NCBI GenBank assembly: GCA_026393985.1
Contig: JAPKZB010000080.1
Location: forward strand, 71,584-135,583
Direction of reading: 5' to 3'
From: Acidobacteriota bacterium
Lineage (GTDB): Bacteria; Acidobacteriota; Terriglobia; Bryobacterales; Bryobacteraceae
DNA length: 64,000 nucleotides
The notes beneath the pieces were generated by a model. The model made no database searches, had not been told where the DNA came from, and saw only the letters and a program-made list of their open reading frames with translations. This document shows, piece after piece, positions 1-8,085 of this stretch. A program made the translations under genes and the position numbers. Position 1 is the stretch's first letter. Each line of letters opens with the position of its first letter.

Positions 1-91
1 CCGGCTGGGTGCGCAACAGTTTCTCGGCCGCGCGGGAGAAGCTTTTCTCATTGGCGACGGTTTGGAAGACACGAAGCGAATACAGTTCCAT
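1..91 (-). CDS. LysR-family transcriptional regulator, N-terminal HTH only (gene runs off the window)
   Basis: The reverse complement of 1-91 starts at ATG (89-91) and reads MELYSLRVFQTVANEKSFSRAAEKLLRTQP, a typical LysR wHTH start. It is divergent from leuA. It is absent from the ORF track because it is truncated. Confidence 0.7.
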   Translation of the reverse strand, partial: MELYSLRVFQTVANEKSFSRAAEKLLRTQP

Positions 92-207
92 CGAGGAATA
101 ACCTTAGCATATCGCATTACCCGCGCTTATCGAATACGCCAACGGAATAAATTTGCTAAATTGAAAATCCAATGCAAGAATCGAGTATTGACTGAGGTCA
201 TTAACCA

Positions 208-1386
208 ATGAATCAGCGCATTCACATATTCGACACGACCCTGCGGGACGGCGAACAGTCTCCCGGCTGTTCGATGACGGTACCCGAGAAGATGAAAATG
301 GCGGCCAAGCTCGTTGAGCTCGGGGTGGATATCATGGAGGCCGGCTTCCCGATTGCGAGCCAGGGCGATTTTGAAGCCGTGGAAGCGATCAGCCGGGAGT
401 TCGGCCGCGGGGATGTGACGATTGCCGCACTCGCCCGCTCGACGGCCAAAGATGTGGAGCGGGCCGGCGAGGCCCTGCGCCTGGCTAAGCGCTCCCGGAT
501 CCATACCTTTATCGCCACGAGCGACATTCACCTCCAATACAAGCTCAAGAAGTCGCGGGAGCAGGTGCTCGATGAGGCGGTCAAGGCCGTCGAGTTAGCC
601 CGCAAGTATACCGACGACGTCGAGTTTTCGGCCGAAGACGCCAGCCGGACCGATCCGGAGTACCTCGAGCAGGTTTCGCGCGCGGTGGTGGCCGCCGGAG
701 CCGGGACCGTGAATCTGCCCGATACGGTGGGCTTTTCGATTCCCACCGAGTATGCGGCTTTCATCCGCAAGGTGGTGCAGGCGATTGGGAACGAGGCGAT
801 TGTCTCGGTGCACTGCCACGACGATCTCGGGCTGGCCGTGGCCAACTCGCTGGCGGCGGTCGAAGCCGGCGCGCGGCAGGTGGAGTGCACCATCAACGGC
901 ATCGGCGAGCGCGCGGGCAACTGCTCGCTCGAAGAGATCGTCATGATCTTCAAGACGCGGCAGTCGGTGCTGCCCTACGAGACGCGGATCAACACCGAAC
1001 AGCTGTTCAGCGCAAGCCAGCTACTGACCTCCATCATCACCTTCGGCCCGCAGCCGAACAAGGCGATTGTGGGTGACAATGCCTTTGCCCACGAAGCCGG
1101 CATCCATCAGGACGGCTATCTAAAGAACAAGTCGACCTATGAGATCATAGACCCGAAGAGTGTCGGGGTGCCCCAGGGCAAACTGGTGCTCGGCAAGCAC
1201 TCCGGGCGCCATGCACTGGCCGATCGCTGCAGCGAACTCGGTTTTGCGGACTTCACAAAAGAAGAGATCGACGTGTTGTACCAGGGATTCACGGCGTTGG
1301 CGGATCGCGTCAAGGGCGTTCGCAACGACCAGATTGTCGCGCTGTGCAAGGAAATTGTGGCGAAGCGCGCGCCAGGATCAGCTTAA
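208..1386 (+). CDS. leuA: 2-isopropylmalate synthase-type enzyme, catalytic TIM barrel plus linker subdomains only (392 aa, no C-terminal LeuA regulatory domain)
   Basis: Carries [14 protein letters not shown] and the HxH motif (VHCHDDLG). It ends after the LGKHSGRHA region and is directly followed by leuBCD. Confidence 0.88.
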   Translation: MNQRIHIFDTTLRDGEQSPGCSMTVPEKMKMAAKLVELGVDIMEAGFPIASQGDFEAVEAISREFGRGDVTIAALARSTAKDVERAGEALRLAKRSRIHTFIATSDIHLQYKLKKSREQVLDEAVKAVELARKYTDDVEFSAEDASRTDPEYLEQVSRAVVAAGAGTVNLPDTVGFSIPTEYAAFIRKVVQAIGNEAIVSVHCHDDLGLAVANSLAAVEAGARQVECTINGIGERAGNCSLEEIVMIFKTRQSVLPYETRINTEQLFSASQLLTSIITFGPQPNKAIVGDNAFAHEAGIHQDGYLKNKSTYEIIDPKSVGVPQGKLVLGKHSGRHALADRCSELGFADFTKEEIDVLYQGFTALADRVKGVRNDQIVALCKEIVAKRAPGSA

Positions 1387-1392
1387 ACAGAC

Positions 1393-2464
1393 ATGCAACT
1401 GAACGTATTGATTCTCCCCGGCGACGGCATCGGGGTCGAGGTGACTCGGCAAGCCGTACGCGTTTTGGAAAAGGTGTGTTCGACTTTCGGCCATAACCTG
1501 CACCTGACGGAGGGTCTGCTGGGCGGCATCGCCATCCACCAGACCGGCACCCCGTTCCCCGACGAGACGGCGAAACTGGCCGTAGAGGCCGATGCAACTC
1601 TGATGGGTGCGGTCGGTTTGCCGGAGTTCGACAACGCTCCGCCCGAGCAGCGCCCCGAAAAGGGGCTACTGGGCATTCGTAAGGTTCTGGGCGTCTACGC
1701 CAACCTGCGCCCCGTGCGCGCCTACCCCGCGTTGATCGAGAGCAGCCCGCTCAAGAATCACCTGGTAACCGGGACGGACATGATCATCGTCCGCGAGCTC
1801 AACGGCGGCATTTACTATGGCACGCCGCGCGGCATTGAGGGCTCCGGCGATACCGAACGCGGCACCAACACGATGACTTACACGCGCGCCGAAATTGCCC
1901 GTATTACGCGCATGGCGTTTGGCCTGGCGCGGAATCGGCGCAAGAAGCTGGCGAGCGTCGATAAATCGAACGTGCTTGAAACCTCGCAGCTGTGGCGCCG
2001 GGTGGTCAACGAGATCGCTCCCGAGTTTCCCGATGTGGAGCTCGAGCATATTCTGGTCGACAACGCCGCCATGCAGTTGGTGCTGAACCCGCGGCGGTTC
2101 GACGTGCTGGTGATGGAGAACATGTTCGGCGACATTCTGAGCGACGAGGGCGCCGTGCTGGCCGGGTCGATCGGCATGCTGCCGTCGGCCTCGATCGGGG
2201 CGCAGCGGCCTTCGGGCGCCTGGGTGGGTCTGTACGAGCCGGTGCACGGTTCGGCGCCGGACATCGCGGGACAAAACAAAGCCAATCCGCTCGGGGCGAT
2301 CGGCTCGGTAGCGGCGATGCTCGAGTACTCGTTCGGCCTGCTCAAAGAGGCTGCCGCGGTGAACGCGGCGATTGAGGCCGTGTTGAACTCCGGCCGGACC
2401 ACGGCCGACCTGAAGCCGCAAGGCACCCCGGCCACGACCACGGAAGTAGGAGAGGCGGTAGCCA

Positions 2465-2478
<14 letters not shown>
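1393..2478 (+). CDS. leuB: 3-isopropylmalate dehydrogenase
   Basis: Begins [10 protein letters not shown] and contains [10 protein letters not shown] and the [14 protein letters not shown] motif. Confidence 0.95.
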
Positions 2479-3874
<1,396 letters not shown>

Positions 3875-3876
3875 CC

Positions 3877-4473
3877 ATGCAGATCCATTCGACGGTAGCC
3901 GTGCTGCCGAACGACAACATTGATACCGACCAGATCATTCCGGCGCGGTTTTTGAAGACGATCTCGAAAGAGGGTTTGGGCGACCAGTTGTTCTTTGACT
4001 GGCGCTACAACGCCGACGGTTCGCCCAAGGCCGACTTCGTGTTGAACACCCCGGCCGCCAAGGCCTCCAAGGTGCTGCTGGCCGGAGATAACTTCGGCTG
4101 CGGGTCGAGCCGGGAGCATGCGCCGTGGGCGCTGACGCAATACGGGCTCCAAGCCGTGCTTTCGACGAGCTTTGCCGATATTTTCAAGCAGAACTCGCTC
4201 AAGAACCGGTTGCTGCCGATCGTGATGCCTAAAGAGGCGCACACGGCTTTGTTTGCGGCGCTCGGCGAAAACCCGGCGCTGGCGGTCACCATCGACCTGC
4301 CCGCGCAGACGCTGACCTGGCCGGGCGGTCCGGTCGTCGCGTTCCCCATCGACGCGTTTGCCAAGGATTGCCTGCTGCAGGGCGTCGACGAGATAGGCTA
4401 CGTGCTGAAGCAGGAAGCGGCGATCGCGGCGTTCGAAGGGCAACGTTCGCTTTCTTTAAATACTTTAATCTGA
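3877..4473 (+). CDS. leuD: 3-isopropylmalate dehydratase small subunit
   Basis: Swivel-domain motif [13 protein letters not shown]. It starts 2 nt after the leuC stop. Confidence 0.95.
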   Translation: MQIHSTVAVLPNDNIDTDQIIPARFLKTISKEGLGDQLFFDWRYNADGSPKADFVLNTPAAKASKVLLAGDNFGCGSSREHAPWALTQYGLQAVLSTSFADIFKQNSLKNRLLPIVMPKEAHTALFAALGENPALAVTIDLPAQTLTWPGGPVVAFPIDAFAKDCLLQGVDEIGYVLKQEAAIAAFEGQRSLSLNTLI

Positions 4474-4565
4474 GATTTTTCCTAGGCGGCAGGCACTCTG
4501 TCTCTGTAAGGCGGCGCTGCCCGCGCCCCCTGTGCGAGTTTCCTCCCATTCCCAGGATTAGGATA

Positions 4566-4597
4566 GACCCGGCTCCCTCGCCGGGTCTTGTTTTTTT
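4566..4597 (+). terminator. Intrinsic terminator after leuD (may also serve convergent hemL)
   Basis: GACCCGGC-TCCCTC-GCCGGGTC followed by TTGTTTTTTT. The T-run abuts the hemL stop codon. Confidence 0.7.
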
Positions 4598-4598
4598 C

Positions 4599-5858
4599 TC
4601 AGGCGAAAAAGCGGTGGATGGCCTGGCGGGTCCTCTCGATATCCTCTTCGGTGTGGGCGGCACTGACAAAGCCGGCCTCGAACTGGCTCGGGGCGAAGTA
4701 GATGCCTTCGCCGAGCAGGTGGTGGAAGAACTTGGCAAAGCGAGCGGTGTCGGACGTTTTGGCCGTCTCGTAGTCGGTGACGGGAGTTTCGGTGAAGAAC
4801 ATGGTGAACATGCTGCCGACGCGATTGACGGTTACCCCGGCCGGCGGATTTTCGCACAGGCGCGCGGTGATCTTTTCAAGGTACGGGTAGATCTCCGGAT
4901 GCGCCTTGAGGTGCCGGAGCATGGCCAACCCGGCGCTGACGGCGAGCGGATTGCCGCTCAGGGTGCCTGCCTGGTAGATCGGCCCCACGGGCGCCACTTT
5001 GTTCATCACGTCGCGTCGGCCGCCGTAGGCACCGATCGGCAGTCCGCCGCCGATCACTTTACCGAACGTGGACAGGTCGGGCCGGATGCCGAAGCGTTCC
5101 TGGGCGCCGCCGCGGGCGAGCCGGAAGCCGGTCATCACCTCATCGAAGATCAGCAGGGCGCCGTGCTTTTGGGTGAGGTGTTGCAGGGCGGCGAGGAACT
5201 CAGGTGCGGGGATGACGCAGCCCATGTTGCCGACGACGGGTTCGAGGATGACGGCGGCGATCTGGTCGCCGCGCTCGGCAAAAGCGAGTTTGAGCGCCTC
5301 GACCGAGTTGTACGGCAGCGCCAGCGTGGTATCCGAGAAGCCCTTCGGCACGCCCTGCGTATCAGCGATGCCAAGCGTGGCCATGCCGCTGCCGGCTTTG
5401 ACGAGGAGGCTATCGACGTGACCGTGGTAGCAGCCTTCGAACTTGATGGTGAGGTCGCGGCCCGTGAAGCCGCGGGCGACGCGGAGCGCCGACATGGTGG
5501 CCTCGGTGCCGGAGTTGACCAGGCGGAGCATCTCCATGCTCGGCACGGCGTCGATGATCTCTTCGGCGAGTTCGAGTTCGAGTTCGGTGGGAGCGCCGAA
5601 GGAGGTGCCGATGGTGAGCGCTTTTTCGATGGCCGCCAGGATGTCCGGATGGCGGTGGCCGATCAGCATGGGGCCCCAAGAGCCGATGTAGTCGATGAAT
5701 TCGTTGCCATCGACGTCGAACAAGCGGGCGCCCTGAGCGCGGGCGATGAAGCGGGGCGTGCCGCCTACGCTGCGGAAGGCGCGGACGGGAGAGTTGACGC
5801 CGCCAGGAATCAGGTGTTGGCCACGGGCGAGCAGGGCCTCGGAACGGGTAGTAGACAT
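4599..5858 (-). CDS. hemL: Glutamate-1-semialdehyde 2,1-aminomutase
   Basis: N-terminus LIPGGVNSPVRAF. Class III aminotransferase layout with FDEVMTGFR. Confidence 0.95.
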   Translation of the reverse strand: MSTTRSEALLARGQHLIPGGVNSPVRAFRSVGGTPRFIARAQGARLFDVDGNEFIDYIGSWGPMLIGHRHPDILAAIEKALTIGTSFGAPTELELELAEEIIDAVPSMEMLRLVNSGTEATMSALRVARGFTGRDLTIKFEGCYHGHVDSLLVKAGSGMATLGIADTQGVPKGFSDTTLALPYNSVEALKLAFAERGDQIAAVILEPVVGNMGCVIPAPEFLAALQHLTQKHGALLIFDEVMTGFRLARGGAQERFGIRPDLSTFGKVIGGGLPIGAYGGRRDVMNKVAPVGPIYQAGTLSGNPLAVSAGLAMLRHLKAHPEIYPYLEKITARLCENPPAGVTVNRVGSMFTMFFTETPVTDYETAKTSDTARFAKFFHHLLGEGIYFAPSQFEAGFVSAAHTEEDIERTRQAIHRFFA

Positions 5859-5864
5859 AGAGAT

Positions 5865-7016
5865 TTAGGGGGTGACCATGCGCCGGAGAAAGGAGTTGAC
5901 GGCGATCTCGGCCAGGGTGGATGGGAAGTTGCCACGGATGCGGGTGCGCAGATCCCGGTAGCTGATGGTTCCGGCGAACAGCTCCTGCAGAATACCGTGG
6001 ACACGGCGGCTGCGGCGGACAAACTGCAACAGGCGGGTCGTGTTGGACCCTCCGCAGAACCGGCCCAGGTAGACGCGTTGGGCGAGCGTGGCGGCATAGG
6101 CCAGATCGTCAACAAACTCGGCCCGCACGGCGGCGGCATACTCTTCGGGCCGTCCGGCGGCCAGCAGTTGACCGGCCAGATCGCCGGAGCGCATGGCGTA
6201 GTAGATCCCTTCGCCGGTGACCGGATCGACAAGACCGGCGGCATCGCCCACGGCGAGCCAGCCGGGGCCGGCCAGGCGGTTCTCCGCCCAGGAGCCCGGC
6301 GCCAGGGAGGGCAGCATGTGGGCGTAGAAGCGGGCGTCCTTGAAGCAAATGCCGCAGCCGCTGAGGTAGTGTTCCAGGCGCTGGCGCAGGGCGGCGGCCG
6401 CCTCCTGTTTGCCGCAGATGCCCGCCGACAGGTGGCCGTTGCGCGGGAAGACCCAGATGTAGCCTTCGAGGCCGGCAAAGAAGCGGAGATCGATGTGGGC
6501 TTGGGCGGAAGGGATGTAGTATCCGAGCGCCACCATCGAATCGGCGGCCTTCCAGGCCGTGCCGACCTGCCGAAGCGGGTTGCGCGCCCCGGTGGCGACC
6601 ACGAGAAAGTCCGCCGTCACGGCGGGCCCGGAGCGGGTGGTGATGCGCCAGGCGGGGCCGTCGCGGTCGATGCCGGTTACGCGGTTGGCGAGCAGGGCGG
6701 TGCCGGCGGCCGCCGCGCGGTCGAGCAAGAGTTGGTTGAGCTCGCGGCGGGAGAAGATCAGCAGGGGCTTCTCGAGGTCGATCCGTAGGGGCGCTGTTCC
6801 ATCGGCGTGCAACCAGGTCGCGGAGACGGAGTGGCTCGCAGCCTGCTGCAGAAATGGATAGCGATGATACGCCTTCCAGGTGACGCCGCCGCCGCAGGGC
6901 TTCTCCCAGGCCAGTTTTTCATCGATGAGCACGGTGCGGAGGCCGGCCGCGGCGAGACGCTCGGCGGCCATGGAGCCGGCGGGCCCACCCCCGAGGACAG
7001 CGACCGAGCGGATCAC
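5865..7016 (-). CDS. Geranylgeranyl reductase family FAD-dependent oxidoreductase
   Basis: VLGGGPAGS dinucleotide fold and the KPCGGG motif. Sits 6 nt upstream of hemL. Confidence 0.8.
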   Translation of the reverse strand: MIRSVAVLGGGPAGSMAAERLAAAGLRTVLIDEKLAWEKPCGGGVTWKAYHRYPFLQQAASHSVSATWLHADGTAPLRIDLEKPLLIFSRRELNQLLLDRAAAAGTALLANRVTGIDRDGPAWRITTRSGPAVTADFLVVATGARNPLRQVGTAWKAADSMVALGYYIPSAQAHIDLRFFAGLEGYIWVFPRNGHLSAGICGKQEAAAALRQRLEHYLSGCGICFKDARFYAHMLPSLAPGSWAENRLAGPGWLAVGDAAGLVDPVTGEGIYYAMRSGDLAGQLLAAGRPEEYAAAVRAEFVDDLAYAATLAQRVYLGRFCGGSNTTRLLQFVRRSRRVHGILQELFAGTISYRDLRTRIRGNFPSTLAEIAVNSFLRRMVTP

Positions 7017-7423
7017 GGTTTTCCGGGTGTCGCCGGGAGGGGCGGATGTCCGGCCGGCAGATCCGGGCTAGCGGCGCCACCATCGGGTGTGCCATGCGCG
7101 GGTGCGGGAATCGAGTGGGGGTTCGCCGTGGCTGCCGGAGCGGCGCCGGGCTTCCGCTTCACCACCCACTTGGCGCCCTCCGCCTCGAGCGAATAGGAGA
7201 TGCGGATGCCGTTTCCGGGTGAACCCTTCGGCCCGATGCTGGCTACCACCTCGGCCTCTTTCTCTTTGAAGTCGACGCTGATGACTTCGACATCCATCGA
7301 GGAGGCCATCATGTCGTCCCGCTTGGCCAGGTATTCGACGATCGCTTGCTTTACGGCGTCTTTGGTCTGTGGCGCTCTGGCACACGAACTGAGGAGAAGA
7401 AGAACAGCAAGAAAGCGACGCAC
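7013..7423 (-). CDS. Hypothetical lipoprotein
   Basis: Signal peptide with lipobox (LLLLSSC). Shows a 4-nt stop/start overlap with the reductase gene. Confidence 0.6.
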   Translation of the reverse strand: MRRFLAVLLLLSSCARAPQTKDAVKQAIVEYLAKRDDMMASSMDVEVISVDFKEKEAEVVASIGPKGSPGNGIRISYSLEAEGAKWVVKRKPGAAPAATANPHSIPAPAHGTPDGGAASPDLPAGHPPLPATPGKP

Positions 7424-7503
7424 ACCATAAGTATAATACCCGCGGCGTGTTAGCGGGACCCGCCAGGCCGGAATTCGTTGCCGCGGCTTTTGGTGCGGAG
7501 GAT

Positions 7504-7671
7504 CTAGCGAACTGGGTTGGGCATCGGCCCCGCCGTTTGGCTAGCCGGCAAATTCGCCAGTTGGTTGAGGGAGTCCGTAAACGCCGGAATCTGCGCCGGC
7601 GCGAACCGCTCGTGCTGGGCGACGGCCGAGGCCATCCGGATGAGATCGAATTGAAAGGATAAGTTTTCCAT
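7504..7671 (-). CDS. Hypothetical 55-aa protein (not in ORF track, below length cutoff)
   Basis: Reads ATG..TAG as MENLSFQFDLIRMASAVAQHERFAPAQIPAFTDSLNQLANLPASQTAGPMPNPVR. Its third codon positions are clearly more G/C-rich than those of the overlapping plus-strand ORF 7447..7662. No obvious SD. Confidence 0.3.
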   Translation of the reverse strand: MENLSFQFDLIRMASAVAQHERFAPAQIPAFTDSLNQLANLPASQTAGPMPNPVR

Positions 7672-7683
7672 GAAGCGCGTATC

Positions 7684-7725
7684 GAAAAAAAAGAGCCTGT
7701 CTTTAACGTTTATTTAAAGACAGGC
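7684..7725 (-). terminator. Intrinsic terminator closing the structured RNA
   Basis: The minus strand reads AGCCTGTCTTTAA-ATAAACG-TTAAAGACAGGCT, then C and eight T. Confidence 0.75.
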
Positions 7726-7922
7726 TACAAAGTTGTACTTCGGAGTGAACACAAACGGAAAACACAGAGAGAACAGTGACAAGCCCAGGCTGAAGGCTCA
7801 AACGGCTAGGTTGGGCGGGGTATATGGAGGGATTCAAGGGGTTACAACTTACTGGCAGGTTCAACTGGGGAAACTAGCGAGGAACAACCATCACCGTTTG
7901 AGCCCTTCCCGGCTTCATCACA
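7684..7922 (-). ncRNA. Candidate sigma-54-dependent structured RNA (sRNA or cis-acting leader); 5' end inferred
   Basis: AT-richer and ORF-poor. Contains a long imperfect hairpin: 7920-7910 pairs with 7784-7775, an 11-bp perfect helix pairs 7903-7893 with 7804-7794, and 7888-7884 pairs with 7812-7808. The hairpin encloses a G-poor 71-nt apical region with four C-runs, followed by an intrinsic terminator. Confidence 0.5.
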
Positions 7923-7932
7923 CCCTCATTGA

Positions 7933-7948
7933 TTGCAAACAGCGTGCC
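7933..7948 (-). promoter_or_regulatory. Sigma-54 (RpoN) -24/-12 promoter
   Basis: The minus strand reads TGGCACG-CTGT-TTGCA, an exact match to the consensus TGGCACG-N4-TTGCW. It lies in an intergenic region. Confidence 0.6.
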
Positions 7949-7949
7949 A

Positions 7950-7986
7950 AACACCAAAGGCGGGAAATCTGGGGATTTCCCGCCTT
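7950..7986 (-). terminator. Probable terminator of the TolC-like gene
   Basis: The minus strand reads AAAGGCGGGAAATC-CCCA-GATTTCCCGCCTTT followed by GGTGTTTGG. Confidence 0.55.
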
Positions 7987-8050
7987 TGAGAGCGGTTCCG
8001 GCGGAAAAAAATCCTGAGCGTGGCCGGACAGCGTGCAGTTTTGGGCGTGT

Positions 8051-8079
8051 GTTCCGTTTTGGGAATCCCGAAACGGAAC
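8051..8079. promoter_or_regulatory. 29-nt near-perfect palindrome, candidate enhancer-binding-protein site (UAS) or RNA hairpin
   Basis: GTTCCGTTTTGGGA-A-TCCCGAAACGGAAC. Its centre is about 118 nt upstream of the -24 GG of the sigma-54 promoter. No U-tract follows on either strand. Confidence 0.3.
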
Positions 8080-8085
8080 AGGAGG

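Noticed and set aside
4368-6788. 806-aa plus-strand ORF, along with similar very long ORFs at 8020..10218 (+), 13843..15027 (+), 25532.. and 26657..27889 (+), 36427..37953 (+), 37697..39115 (+), 55309..56826 (-), 55085..56224 (+), 55734..56888 (+) and 57616..58758 (+).
   Set aside because: They lie antisense or out of frame to genes with clear family motifs (hemL, TolC, NHL, DUF1553 and others). Their translations are Arg/Gly/Pro/Ala-rich low-complexity strings, typical of shadow ORFs in high-GC DNA.
7447-7662. 71-aa plus-strand ORF.
   Set aside because: Its third-position G/C content is low. It would be an isolated plus-strand gene inside a minus-strand operon. The overlapping minus-strand 55-codon ORF has better coding statistics.
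7684-7922. Possibility that the structured RNA is 6S RNA.
   Set aside because: 6S RNA has a closing stem, a central bubble and a terminal stem-loop, and is usually about 180-190 nt. Here the apical 71 nt are G-poor with no terminal helix, and the promoter is sigma-54-type. A covariance-model scan is still needed to be sure.
7733-8017. 94-aa plus-strand ORF MYFGVNTNGKH...
   Set aside because: It has AT-rich non-coding-like composition and spans two terminator hairpins and the sigma-54 promoter. It is more parsimoniously the opposite strand of a structured RNA.
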